Shown here: in pieces, positions 1-9,158 of the stretch
How the letters are laid out: each line of letters starts with the position of its first letter
Position numbering within the stretch: the stretch's first letter is position 1
Source of the DNA: Rudaea sp.
Lineage (GTDB): Bacteria > Pseudomonadota > Gammaproteobacteria > Xanthomonadales > Rhodanobacteraceae
Assembly: GCA_035650835.1 (NCBI GenBank)
Contig: DASRGX010000244.1
Span: forward strand, 6,154-70,153
DNA: 64,000 nucleotides
Direction: 5' to 3'
Notes under the pieces: model-generated
What the model was told of the DNA's origin: nothing
What the model saw: only the letters and a program-made list of their open reading frames with translations
Databases searched by the model: none
Program-made: the position numbers and the translations under genes

Positions 1-442
1 CGCTCGTCACGGCGTCCGCACGCACCGCGCGCACCAGAGGCGATCGCCAGCCGCGCGGCAGCGCCCACAGCAACACACCATGCGGACGCGACGCGACGAA
101 AAACGGCGCAGCGACGAGCATCAGCAATTCGTGCTCGGCCATGTGCGCAGCGAACGAACGCTGTCCGGCTGCGTGCAAGGGCGAGACGAGCGCGGCTGCG
201 AGCGCGACGCAAGCCGCAGCGTAGGCGGCCAGCGCCGAGCGGCGCACGGGCACGATGCGCGTCCGGCTGCGCATGCGCGCGAGACCGAGCGCATAGAGCG
301 CCACCGCCACAGCGAGCGGCGCGACGACCCAGGGCTCGAAGCTCCAGGCAAGTGCGGCGCCATCGGGCTCGTGCGCGTGGGCGAGCGAGGCCGTTGCCGC
401 GAGCGTTCCGGCCGCTACCGCCCGGCATGCATCGCAGTTCAT
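1..442 (-). CDS. Caa3_CtaG-like cytochrome c oxidase assembly membrane protein (5' part only; gene runs off the left edge)
   Basis: Absent from the ORF track because it has no in-window stop. Hand translation from ATG 442..440 gives MNCDACRAVAAGTLAATASLAHAHEPDGAALAWSFEPWVVAPLAVAVALYALGLARMRSRTRIVPVRRSALAAYAAACVALAAALVSPLHAAGQRSFAAHMAEHELLMLVAAPFFVASRPHGVLLWALPRGW... It has hydrophobic helices and an H-M-x-x-H-x-L-L...P motif like CtaG of caa3-type oxidase clusters. The ATG overlaps the upstream stop (ATGA at 439-442). Confidence 0.55.
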   Translation of the reverse strand, partial: MNCDACRAVAAGTLAATASLAHAHEPDGAALAWSFEPWVVAPLAVAVALYALGLARMRSRTRIVPVRRSALAAYAAACVALAAALVSPLHAAGQRSFAAHMAEHELLMLVAAPFFVASRPHGVLLWALPRGWRSPLVRAVRADAVTS

Positions 443-771
443 GCGCCGCACCCCGGCAGGATCACGCTCGCGAGCGTCTGCAATGCGATCGCGAACAGGA
501 ACACGGCCGCGGTCGCCGCACTCAGCGTGCCGACGAAGTGCCGCAGACTGCGCGCCGGCTCCGCATCGCGCGCCCGCCACGAGACGGACGCGCTCGCAAC
601 GAGCACCCCGGCGAGGCAAAGACCGGCGACGAGGCCAGGCACGGCACCGCCGAGCCGGCAATCGAAATGCAGCATGTCGGCGAGCAGCTGCTGATGCAGC
701 GCCCAGCCGAGCGGCCCCGCCACGAATCCGGCCCATGGCGCGAAACGCGAGCGCGCGAGGCCGTGCATCAT
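439..771 (-). CDS. small integral membrane protein of the oxidase operon (110 aa, unassigned)
   Basis: C-terminal part of ORF 439..1404, starting at MMHGLARSRFAPWAGFVAGPLGWALHQQLL... It has three hydrophobic segments. The ATG at 771..769 overlaps the subunit III stop (ATGA), and its own stop overlaps the next ATG. Confidence 0.5.
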   Translation of the reverse strand: MMHGLARSRFAPWAGFVAGPLGWALHQQLLADMLHFDCRLGGAVPGLVAGLCLAGVLVASASVSWRARDAEPARSLRHFVGTLSAATAAVFLFAIALQTLASVILPGCGA

Positions 772-1376
772 GCGAGCGCCCTCGGCAACCAATAGACGAG
801 CGCATAGATCGCGAGCCACGACAGCACGACGAAATTCCAGTACGTCGCATTGTCTTCGACGTCGGAGTAGCGGCGCCCGTCCACGTCCCGCACGTAGACG
901 AGCACGGCGAGCGGACAGGAATCGTAGACGTCGGTGGCGAGGTGCGTCGTGTGGATCAGCATGATCGCCCACAGGATCGAGCCGTAGGTGTTCTCGTCCC
1001 AGCGCGCGTTGAGCGCCGTGAGCTCGAAGCCGCGCACGACGAGCAGCAGCACGCCGACCGCGACCATGACGATGAGCCCGCGGCGCACGCGCACGAGATC
1101 GCCACGCCGCGCAGCGCGCAGCACCCACGCGTTCGGGACGAGGCTGGCGAGCGCGATGAGCGTGAACGCGGTGCCGTAGCGCAGACCGGGCGGCGGGCTC
1201 GGCGGCCAGTGCGACTCGAACGGGATCAGGTACAGGTAGACGCCGATCGCGAGCACGAACGCCATGCCTTCGATGAGCATGAAGCCGAACGTGCCCCACC
1301 ATCCGAGTGCGACGCTGCCGTAGCCGAAATCGGGCAGCTGGGAGACATCGCCGGCGATCGCGATGCGGCGCGTCAT
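768..1376 (-). CDS. ctaE: cytochrome c oxidase subunit III (short, 5-helix form)
   Basis: ORF 768..1376 (202 aa). The hydrophobic heme-copper oxidase subunit III pattern is present (WWGTFGFMLIEGMAF..., HTTHLATDV, YWNFVVLSWL). The ATG overlaps the ctaD stop (ATGA at 1373-1376). Confidence 0.85.
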   Translation of the reverse strand: MTRRIAIAGDVSQLPDFGYGSVALGWWGTFGFMLIEGMAFVLAIGVYLYLIPFESHWPPSPPPGLRYGTAFTLIALASLVPNAWVLRAARRGDLVRVRRGLIVMVAVGVLLLVVRGFELTALNARWDENTYGSILWAIMLIHTTHLATDVYDSCPLAVLVYVRDVDGRRYSDVEDNATYWNFVVLSWLAIYALVYWLPRALA

Positions 1377-3319
1377 GTTGCGGGCTCCGCGGCATTCGCA
1401 TCACGCCCGCCGGTCAGACCTTTTTCCCCGCGCTTCGGCCAGAACCAACCCGTAAGCGCGATCGCCAGCGGAATGGCGCCCCAGATCACGCCCCACGCAT
1501 CGAACACCGACCAGATGAAGAGCAGCGTCACCGCGAGTGCGGAGGCGAACGGCCAGATCGTCGGTGCGGGCATTCCCCAGACGATCTGCGGTTCGGCATC
1601 GGTCGCGCTCGTGAGCAGAATCTCGCGACGGTCGGCGCGCAGTCCAGCGAGCGCGGGCAGCGCGTCGTCGCCGCTCCACAGCGGTGTCGCGCTGTCCACG
1701 CGCGGCACCGCCGCGAAGTTGTAGGCGGGCGGCGGCGAGGACGTGGCCCATTCGAGACTCGGCGCGTCCCACGGATTGTCGCCGGCCGCCCTGCCCCGCA
1801 GCAGCGACGCGATCACGTTGCCGAGGAACACGACGACGCTCGCGGCGATCACGCAGGACCCGAGCGTGGCCACGAGATTCCAGACGTCCCAGCCGAGCCC
1901 CGCGGGATACGTGTAGATGCGTCGCGGCATGCCGATGAGGCCGAGGTAGTGCATCGGGAAAAACGTGAGGTTGAAGCCGACGAAGAACAGCCAGAAATTC
2001 CACTTGCCGGCGGTTTCGTCGAGCAGCCGTCCCGTGAATTTGGGGAACCAGTAGTAGAACGCGCCGAAAAGCGGGAACACGGCGCCGCCGATCAGCACGT
2101 AATGGAAGTGCGCGACGACGAAATACGTGTCGTGGACCTGCAGGTCGAGCGGCGCGAGCGCGAGCATGACGCCCGTCAATCCGCCGAGCACGAAGATCGC
2201 GAAGAATCCGAGCACGAACAGCACGGGCGTGGCGAAGCGCGGACGCCCGCTGCCGAGCGTGGCGATCCAGCTGAACACCTGGATCGCGCTCGGTACCGCG
2301 ATGACGAGGCTCGCCGACGTGTAGAAGCTGTTGCCAAGCGCGGGCAAACCGGTCGCGAACATGTGGTGGACCCAGAGTCCGAACGCGAAGAAGCCGGTCG
2401 TGACGAGCGAGAGCACCATGGCGATGCGCGCGAAGATCGGCCGCCGCGAGAACGTCTCGACGATCGCCGAGATCATGCCGAGCGCGGGCATGAAGATGAT
2501 GTAGACCTCGGGATGGCCGAAGAACCAGAACAGATGCTGCCAAAGCAGTGCGTCGCCGCCGTTCGCCGGATTGTAGAAATGTGTACCGACGAGGCGGTCG
2601 GCGATCAGGAAGCTGCTCGACAGCATCACGGCCGGCATCGCGAAGATCACCATGAAGCTCGTGACCAGCATGGCCCAGAGAAAGAGCGGCATGCGCGCGA
2701 GCGTCATTCCCGGCGCACGCGTCTTCAGGATCGTGGCGACGAGCTCGACGGCGACGGCGAGCGCGGACACTTCGGTGAACGTGATCATCTGCGCCCAGAA
2801 ATCCGTGCGCTTGCCCGGCGAATAGTCGGAATTCGCGAGCGGCACGTACGAGAACCAGCCGGTCTCCGGGCCGACGTTGAGCAGGAACGCGATCCAGATC
2901 ATCACGCCGCCGGCGAGATACACCCAATAGCTGAATGCGTTGAGCCGCGGGAACGCGATATTGCGCGTGCCGGTCATGAGCGGCACGATGTAGACGGCCA
3001 CGGCCTCCATGATCGGCACGGCGAACAGGAACATCATCGTCGTGCCGTGCATCGAGAAGAGCTGGTTGTACCGGTCCGGGCCGACGAGCCCGTTGTCGGG
3101 CCGCGCGAGCTGCATCCGCATCGCGAGCGCCAGCAGCCCGGCGAGCACGAAGAACACGAATGCCGTGCAGATGTAGCGGCGGCCGATGCGCTTGTGGTCG
3201 ATCGTCGTGAGCCAGCCCCAGAAGCCGGGTGCATCGGACCAGGTGCGCGCGAGTTCGGGCGAACCGTCGCTGAAGCTCGCGGGCGCCGCTCTGTGCGTGG
3301 AAGTGTGTGCGACGTTCAT
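1373..3319 (-). CDS. ctaD: cytochrome c oxidase subunit I, with about 100 aa of extra C-terminal transmembrane extension
   Basis: Internal start MNVAHTS (ATG 3319..3317) of ORF 1373..4558. Hallmark motifs are WFFGHPEVYIIF, GLWVHHMF and VVAHFHYVL. The ATG overlaps the subunit II stop (ATGA). The upstream part of the listed ORF overlaps coxB in another frame and is rejected. Confidence 0.95.
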   Translation of the reverse strand: MNVAHTSTHRAAPASFSDGSPELARTWSDAPGFWGWLTTIDHKRIGRRYICTAFVFFVLAGLLALAMRMQLARPDNGLVGPDRYNQLFSMHGTTMMFLFAVPIMEAVAVYIVPLMTGTRNIAFPRLNAFSYWVYLAGGVMIWIAFLLNVGPETGWFSYVPLANSDYSPGKRTDFWAQMITFTEVSALAVAVELVATILKTRAPGMTLARMPLFLWAMLVTSFMVIFAMPAVMLSSSFLIADRLVGTHFYNPANGGDALLWQHLFWFFGHPEVYIIFMPALGMISAIVETFSRRPIFARIAMVLSLVTTGFFAFGLWVHHMFATGLPALGNSFYTSASLVIAVPSAIQVFSWIATLGSGRPRFATPVLFVLGFFAIFVLGGLTGVMLALAPLDLQVHDTYFVVAHFHYVLIGGAVFPLFGAFYYWFPKFTGRLLDETAGKWNFWLFFVGFNLTFFPMHYLGLIGMPRRIYTYPAGLGWDVWNLVATLGSCVIAASVVVFLGNVIASLLRGRAAGDNPWDAPSLEWATSSPPPAYNFAAVPRVDSATPLWSGDDALPALAGLRADRREILLTSATDAEPQIVWGMPAPTIWPFASALAVTLLFIWSVFDAWGVIWGAIPLAIALTGWFWPKRGEKGLTGGRDANAAEPAT

Positions 3320-4263
3320 TCGAGCGACATGAGATAGCCGACGAGCGCATCGAGATCCTCGGGCTCGATGTCGATCGCCGGCATGTTGCAGCCTGGTTTC
3401 TGCCGTTGCGGATCGGCGAGCCACGCACCGAGCGAGCCCGCGTTGAGCGGCAGCGTCCCGGCGGCGAGCGTGGTGCGCGCGGCGAGATGCGTGAGGTCCG
3501 GTCCGGCGCGCGAGGCCGCGGTCGTGCCGCGGATCGTATGGCACATCGCGCAGGTCGTGCTGAGGAAATACTGCCGTCCGCGCTCGCTGCGTGCATCGCG
3601 CGGTTCGGCCGCCGCCGAGAGCTGGCGCTCGCGCCAGGCCGCGAAGCTCTTCTCGTCTTCGACCTTCACGAGGATGGCCATTTTCGCGTGCTCGAGGCCG
3701 CAGAATTCGGCGCAGGTACCGCGGAACGTGCCGATGCGGCGCGGTGTCAGCTCGAGCTCGTTGATGCGGCCCGGAATCAAATCGCGCTTGCCGGCGAGAT
3801 TCGGCACCCAGAAGCTGTGGATCACGTCGTCGGACACGAGCTCGAGATGCACCGTGCGCCCGAGCGGCAGATGCAGCTCGTTCGCGGTCGTGAACTGCCG
3901 GTTCGCATCCGGATCGAGGTAGTCGAGCTGCCACCACCATTGCCTGCCGGTCACGCGGATCGTCAGCGCGGCGTCGCGCGCGATGAGGCGCCTGTCGGTG
4001 ACGAAGCTCGTCGCGGCGAGCGCGATCAACCCGAGCACGACGAGCGCGATCCACACCGACAGCCCGCGGCCGAGGCGCGCGTCGGCCGGCGCCGCGACCG
4101 CGCCGCGCCGGCGCAAACGGCCCATGCGCACGATGACGACGGCCGTCGCGATCAGCACGATCGCGTACATTATTGCACAAATCCACAAAGATACGTGCCA
4201 GACGCCGGCGATCGCCTGCGCCTGGTCGGCGGCCGGATCGAGCGCGGACGAGGCGACCGTCAC
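3316..4263 (-). CDS. ctaC: cytochrome c oxidase subunit II with fused C-terminal cytochrome c domain
   Basis: Within ORF 3316..4755. It has two N-terminal TM helices, the CuA motif HSFWVP...CAEFCGLEHAKM, then CAMCH heme c. The start is taken as GTG 4263..4261, which overlaps the upstream cytochrome c stop (GTGA). This start is uncertain. Confidence 0.85.
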   Translation of the reverse strand: MTVASSALDPAADQAQAIAGVWHVSLWICAIMYAIVLIATAVVIVRMGRLRRRGAVAAPADARLGRGLSVWIALVVLGLIALAATSFVTDRRLIARDAALTIRVTGRQWWWQLDYLDPDANRQFTTANELHLPLGRTVHLELVSDDVIHSFWVPNLAGKRDLIPGRINELELTPRRIGTFRGTCAEFCGLEHAKMAILVKVEDEKSFAAWRERQLSAAAEPRDARSERGRQYFLSTTCAMCHTIRGTTAASRAGPDLTHLAARTTLAAGTLPLNAGSLGAWLADPQRQKPGCNMPAIDIEPEDLDALVGYLMSLE

Positions 4264-4898
4264 GGCGGCGGCTCCGGCTCGCCCGGCCGCGGCAGCTGCC
4301 TCGGCATCTGCGACGGCGGCGGCGACACGGAGAACGTATCGCTGCGGCTCGGCGCGGCGGCCTTCGGCACGTTGCCGGACAGCGCCCGCACGTACGCGGC
4401 GATCTCCCAGATCTGCTGCGCGGGAATCCGGCCGCGGAACGCGGGCATGCCGTTCGGCCGGCCGTCGAGGATCGTCGCGTAGATCTGATCGATGCCGCCG
4501 CCGTAACGCCAATGCGCGTCCATGAGCGAGGGACCGATGGAGCCGCCTCCCGCCGCATGGCAGCCGGCGCAGTTGAACCAGCGGAACAGACGCCCGCCCT
4601 GGTTGATGTGGTACGCGTTGCCTTCGTATTCCTTGCCGCGCGGATCGGGCGGCGGCGCCGGCGCGCCGTCCGGCTCGAGTCCGCTCACGGCAACGGCCGC
4701 GGGACCGGTTTCGGGCAGCGGCGCACCGCGATATTCCCGGCGCTCGCGGTCGCATGCTGCAATGTATAAAACGCCGAGCGCGAGCAGCGCCGCGACGAGT
4801 CGGCGCGGGCGGGCGCTCCTTGCATGGTCTCCGTGGATCGATGCCGACGTGTCTTCCATGAGTTCGCGCATCCGACGACGGCTGCCGACGTGCAACAT
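4260..4898 (-). CDS. membrane-anchored or lipoprotein class I c-type cytochrome
   Basis: ORF 4260..4898. It has a signal/lipobox-like LLALGVLYIAAC, the heme motif CAGCH, and the distal Met region NGMPAF. Alternative ATGs lie at 4871 and 4859. Confidence 0.75.
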   Translation of the reverse strand: MLHVGSRRRMRELMEDTSASIHGDHARSARPRRLVAALLALGVLYIAACDRERREYRGAPLPETGPAAVAVSGLEPDGAPAPPPDPRGKEYEGNAYHINQGGRLFRWFNCAGCHAAGGGSIGPSLMDAHWRYGGGIDQIYATILDGRPNGMPAFRGRIPAQQIWEIAAYVRALSGNVPKAAAPSRSDTFSVSPPPSQMPRQLPRPGEPEPPP

Positions 4899-5093
4899 CC
4901 TGGCCAGCTCTTCAGGCGTGTCGGCGCGGGATTTCGCACGCCGCGGGACGGCAAATCGTCCCTGGTGAAGAAAACATTACGCCGCGCGAACCGCGATGCG
5001 GTGGCCTGCACGCGTGGCAAGCGCTGCCGTGCGGCGCACCGCCCGGGCATGCAAATTGCTCCTGCACGCTTCCCCACCCAAGGAGACACCACG

Positions 5094-5600
5094 ATGAGCA
5101 AGCAAGTCTGTCTGTGCATCGCTCTCGCACTCGCCGGCACCGGTGCGTATGCCGCCACGTCGCCCGACGAGACCTTCGCGAAGAAAGCCGCGCAAGGCGG
5201 CATGGCGGAAGTCGCCGTGGGCCAGATCGCCTCGAACCAAGGCAACGATCCGAAGGTCAAGGAGTTCGGCGAGAAGATGGTCCAGGACCATCAGGCCGCC
5301 AACGACGAGCTCAAGACCGCGGCGAGCAAGAGCAACATCACGCTGCCGAGCGACGTGAGCAAGCAGCAACAGTCCGAGGCCGACAAGCTCAAGAACATGA
5401 AAGGCGCTGCCTTCGACCACGAATACGCTCGCATGATGGTCAAAGACCACGAAGAAGACGTGGCGCTGTTCCAGAAGGAGGCGGATTCCGGCAAGGACCC
5501 GAACCTCAAAGCGTATGCGCAAAAAACCTTGCCGACGCTCAAGGAACACCTGCGCATGGCCAAGCAGATGCAGAGCGGCGCGAGCGGACGCGCCGGCTGA
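5094..5600 (+). CDS. DUF4142-family secreted protein
   Basis: Internal ATG 5094 of ORF 4824..5600, preceded by AAGGAGA at 5080-5086. It has the signal peptide MSKQVCLCIALALAGTGAYAA. Repeated FA.KAA.GGMAEV / FDHEYARMMVKDHEEDV helices are typical of DUF4142. Confidence 0.8.
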   Translation: MSKQVCLCIALALAGTGAYAATSPDETFAKKAAQGGMAEVAVGQIASNQGNDPKVKEFGEKMVQDHQAANDELKTAASKSNITLPSDVSKQQQSEADKLKNMKGAAFDHEYARMMVKDHEEDVALFQKEADSGKDPNLKAYAQKTLPTLKEHLRMAKQMQSGASGRAG

Positions 5601-5737
5601 TCGAAACCGCAGCACGCGCTCTCCGTGTACGCTGCACGATGCGCGGCGGACGGCGCGTGCGAATTGCATGATACCTGCGCGCGTGCGCGACACCGCAGCG
5701 CGCCAGGGTGGGCGTTGCTGACAAGGAGTGACACGCT

Positions 5738-6343
5738 ATGAAAGGGAAATTCGACCAAGCCCATCTCGAGGAACTGCTGTATCAGGCCATCGAGACCGAG
5801 CAAGGCGGCATCAAGATCTACACCGCGGCGATCGAATGCGCGATCAACGCCGAGCTGCACAAGGAATGGGAGGAATATCTCGGACAGACACGCAACCACG
5901 AGCGCGTGCTGCGCGACGTGTTCGACAAGCTCGGTCTCGATCCGAAGAAGGAGACGCCGGGGCGCAAAGTCGTGGGCCACCTCGGCGCTTCGCTGCTGAA
6001 GGCCATCGACATGGCGTCGAAGGCCGGCGATCCGGCGGCCGCGCAGCTCGTCGCGGCGGAATGCGTCGTGCTCGCCGAAACCAAGGATCACCAGAATTGG
6101 GAGTTGCTCGCGCAAACCGCCGAGCACGCGAGCGGCGACGTGGCGAAGGCGTTGAAGGCCGCCGTCGAGGAAGTCGAGAACGAAGAGGACCGGCACCTCT
6201 ACCACACCAAGGGCTGGGCTCGCGAGCTCTGGATCGCCTCGCTCGGCATGCCGGCCGTGCTGCCGCCTCCCGAGGAAGTCAAGGACGTCGACACCGCGAT
6301 CGGCGCTTCTCGCGCCGAGCAATCGCGCGAGAAGATGCTGTGA
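5738..6343 (+). CDS. ferritin-like (di-iron four-helix-bundle type) protein
   Basis: ORF 5738..6343 with AAGGAG 10 nt upstream. Spaced E...E..H style motifs are present (ETEQGG, EEYLGQTRNHE, ETKDHQNWE, ENEEDRHLYH). Confidence 0.65.
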   Translation: MKGKFDQAHLEELLYQAIETEQGGIKIYTAAIECAINAELHKEWEEYLGQTRNHERVLRDVFDKLGLDPKKETPGRKVVGHLGASLLKAIDMASKAGDPAAAQLVAAECVVLAETKDHQNWELLAQTAEHASGDVAKALKAAVEEVENEEDRHLYHTKGWARELWIASLGMPAVLPPPEEVKDVDTAIGASRAEQSREKML

Positions 6344-6464
6344 CGCGATCCCCGCGCACTCGAGCGCTCGCCGATGCATACACACGACCGGAACCGTACG
6401 CGCACGCCAGGCGCAAAGCCCGACGCAACTGGCGGCCGCGCCGCTCGCGGCATCCGCCCTGGCC

Positions 6465-6489
6465 GGCCCGCGCGCACCGCGCGCGGGCC
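6465..6489. terminator. GC-rich stem-loop between convergent genes
   Basis: ggcccgcgcgc-acc-gcgcgcgggcc forms a perfect 11-bp stem with a 3-nt loop. There is no clear U-tract on either strand. Confidence 0.3.
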
Positions 6490-6641
6490 GTATGCGGGGC
6501 AGCGCGAGGATATCGAAGGCGAGAACGCCTCGGGCCCGCGCGTGCCGAAAAACGTCGGCAGGACCGATAGGCGCTGAGCTTCGCCGGATATTTTTATACT
6601 TTGAGACGGCGCGTCGGCGAGTTCGCTGTTTGAAGCGAGTT

Positions 6642-8309
6642 CTATTGGAAGCCGTCGGCGAAAATCACGTCGCCCTCGTACACCCAGAGCTTCGAACCGT
6701 TGTCGGCGACGTAGAGTCGACCGCCGACGACGATGACGCTCTGCTTGTGGAACTTGCTCGACGCCGTCGACGTGGCGACCCCCATCGAGCCATCCTGCCA
6801 AAGCGTGGCGCCTGTTGCGGGATCGAGCGCCGTCACGCCGCTGCCACCCGCGTAGTAGAGCACTCCGTTCGCGAGCACGGGCGAGGTGCCGCCGGTGCTC
6901 GTTGCGCTGCCGTGCACGGGCGTGCCTTCGTTGACCCAGTTCGGCGCGCCGGAGGCCTGCAAGGTCGGCAAGTTGCCGTTCGCGGGATCGGCCTTGACGC
7001 GCACGGCCGAGATGCCGAAATTGTTCACGGCGATCAGCATGACGTCGCCGGTCGCGGGATTCGTCCACGCGATGGGCTGCGTCTTCACCTCGTTGCCCTG
7101 GGGAACGTTGCCGATGAATATCTGCCCGCCCGTGTTGCCGGGGCTGCCGGTGCCGCTCATATCGTCGAGGTCGAGGAGGCGCAAATCGCCGTCCTTGCCG
7201 CTCTGGATGCCGATGTGCGTACGCGACGATCCGGCCGGCGCCGGGACGAGGACGACCGAGGTCGAGCCGAGGTCCGTGTCGTAGTACATGAGATCGAGAT
7301 AGTTCGACGGCGTGTAGCTGTCGAGCGGCGCCGCGAGCTCGTGATCCATCGCGGCCGGCAGCGCGATGACCGAATCGCTCCAATTGTGGCCGCCGTTGTT
7401 CGCGTCGTAACCGAAGATGCCGTTGCCTGTCGTGACGTAGATGCGATCGCTCACCGGATCGTAGACCACGCCTGCCCGTCCCCAAATGCCGCCGTTGCCG
7501 GTCGACAAACTCGAACTGCCGCCGGGCGGCGTCATTTGCTGCTGCAGGCAATCGGGTTGCACGCTGTTCGGCGGATTCGGATTGTTCTCGACAAAGTGCA
7601 CGTTGCCTCGATCGCTGCACATCACGTTGAACACGACCTGCGTGCCGGTCGCGAGATTGATCGCGGTGACGTGCCCCTGGTAATCGCCGCTGTCTTCCGG
7701 CAGCCACGCGCCGCCGCTCACGGTGGCGTAGAGGTAGGTCGTGCCGTTCTTCGCCGTCGCGAACGCGAGCGCCGACGAGACCTGCTCCATGTCCGGCTTG
7801 AGCGTCACGACCTCGGGCCAACCGCCGCCCGTCGTTTCGTTGCCGTCGGCGACTGTATACTTGTGTACGCGCCCGTCGAGCGAGTATCCGTACACGAACT
7901 GCCGATTGGGATCGAGTACGGGCGAGGTCGCCGTCGTGCACTGATCGCTCGCATTCGGCTGGGCGCAGGCGTTGCTCGTGCTCGGGTATCGCGACCACTG
8001 CGTCGCGCCCGTGGCCGCGTCGAGCGCGAGCAGCGTGCCGTCGCTCACGGTCAGGAACAGGAGATCCTTGGTTCCCTCCGGCGTGTTCACGCCGGCGAGC
8101 AGCACGGGCGCGCCCGGCACCAGACCGGGCAGCGTGAGCGAGTACTTCAGATGCAGACGCGCGACGTTCTGTTTCGAGAGCGCGGTCTCGGCGGAATTCG
8201 TGCCGCTGTGATTCGCGTCGTAGCCGAATTGAAGCCAGTCGGCAGCGTGACTCGTGACCGCAGCGAGCGCGACCGCGGCGGCGGTCGTGGCGACGAGGAC
8301 ATTTCGCAT
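6642..8309 (-). CDS. secreted PQQ-like/BamB-like beta-propeller repeat protein
   Basis: ORF 6642..8309. It has the signal peptide MRNVLVATTAAAVALAAVTSHAA. Repeated motifs of the type G.l.AlDaaTGa..W (LLALDAATGATQW, VTALDPATGATLW) are present. The C-terminus is VIFADGFQ. Confidence 0.8.
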   Translation of the reverse strand: MRNVLVATTAAAVALAAVTSHAADWLQFGYDANHSGTNSAETALSKQNVARLHLKYSLTLPGLVPGAPVLLAGVNTPEGTKDLLFLTVSDGTLLALDAATGATQWSRYPSTSNACAQPNASDQCTTATSPVLDPNRQFVYGYSLDGRVHKYTVADGNETTGGGWPEVVTLKPDMEQVSSALAFATAKNGTTYLYATVSGGAWLPEDSGDYQGHVTAINLATGTQVVFNVMCSDRGNVHFVENNPNPPNSVQPDCLQQQMTPPGGSSSLSTGNGGIWGRAGVVYDPVSDRIYVTTGNGIFGYDANNGGHNWSDSVIALPAAMDHELAAPLDSYTPSNYLDLMYYDTDLGSTSVVLVPAPAGSSRTHIGIQSGKDGDLRLLDLDDMSGTGSPGNTGGQIFIGNVPQGNEVKTQPIAWTNPATGDVMLIAVNNFGISAVRVKADPANGNLPTLQASGAPNWVNEGTPVHGSATSTGGTSPVLANGVLYYAGGSGVTALDPATGATLWQDGSMGVATSTASSKFHKQSVIVVGGRLYVADNGSKLWVYEGDVIFADGFQ

Positions 8310-8500
8310 GTATGGCGTTCCCTATGCCGGGGCAAACGGGCTCGCCAGTGCAACCCCTGCGCCAAACGCGAGCGTCCACGCGCGATGCAGGATCGACCGC
8401 CTCTCCATGTTCGGAGGCGCAACGGCGCCCGCAAAAAGTTCACGTCTCGTGGTAATTTTTTGCAGCGTCGCCATCCGTGGATGCGACGGAGGAGTCCGCC

Positions 8501-8725
8501 ATGACTGCACGTTGGTTCTGCTGCTGGGGATGGGTATACCGGCCGGTGTCGCTTTGGGGGTGGCTCGCCGTCCTCGCGACCGCGACGTTCTGCGCACAGG
8601 TGTTCGTCGCCGTCGATCGCCATTCGCACTCGGCGAGCGACACTTTGTACGGCGTATTTCCCTACGTCGTCTGCGCGCTCGGGCTGCTCAACTGGCTCGC
8701 CTCCAAGACGAGCGCTGCGCCTTGA
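8501..8725 (+). CDS. small two-helix membrane protein (74 aa)
   Basis: ATG 8501 inside ORF 8477..8725, with a GGAGGAG Shine-Dalgarno 6 nt upstream. It has two hydrophobic segments. No family is recognised. Confidence 0.4.
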   Translation: MTARWFCCWGWVYRPVSLWGWLAVLATATFCAQVFVAVDRHSHSASDTLYGVFPYVVCALGLLNWLASKTSAAP

Positions 8726-8729
8726 GGCG

Positions 8730-9149
8730 TCACGCGTAGGCGACGTCGGCGATCCAGTTCCGCTGACGGCGCGCGAGCCGCGATTCGAGCGTCTCGCCGT
8801 CGTGCGCCACGGGCGCGCGGCGCAACAGCGGTTCGACCGCGGCATCGAACGCGTTGACGTTGACGACCGCATAGAGGCGCCCGTCGATTTCGCTCGTCGC
8901 CACGACGACGATGCCGCAGCGTGCGCAGACGTGGAACAGCGCCGTGCCGGTGCCGAACGCGTATTTCGAGACGCCTGCAGGCTCACGCATCGCGATGCGC
9001 AGGCGCCCATCGGGTTTGGACGTCCAAACTGCGCCATGGCGCGTGCAGAACGTGCAGCTGCAGGCACGCGCGGGGATCTCGCCCGGATCGGGTTCCCAGG
9101 CGAGCGTGAACGACAGATTGCCGCAATGGCAGGAGCCGCGGATCAGCAT
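8730..9149 (-). CDS. GFA (glutathione-dependent formaldehyde-activating/CENP-V) family zinc protein
   Basis: ORF 8730..9149. Cys clusters match the GFA fold (CHCG...CSCTFC...C.RCG). Confidence 0.85.
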   Translation of the reverse strand: MLIRGSCHCGNLSFTLAWEPDPGEIPARACSCTFCTRHGAVWTSKPDGRLRIAMREPAGVSKYAFGTGTALFHVCARCGIVVVATSEIDGRLYAVVNVNAFDAAVEPLLRRAPVAHDGETLESRLARRQRNWIADVAYA

Positions 9150-9158
9150 CGGCGCATT

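Noticed and set aside
3320-4558. N-terminal 413 codons of the listed 1061-aa ctaD ORF
   Set aside because: This part overlaps the subunit II gene in another frame and has an Arg/Ala-rich nonsense composition. A canonical subunit I N-terminus starts at ATG 3319, which overlaps the coxB stop.
8322-8643. Small minus-strand ORFs (8322..8597, 8440..8643) upstream of the PQQ-propeller gene
   Set aside because: They overlap each other and the better-supported plus-strand 74-aa membrane ORF, which has a strong SD. No motifs are recognisable.
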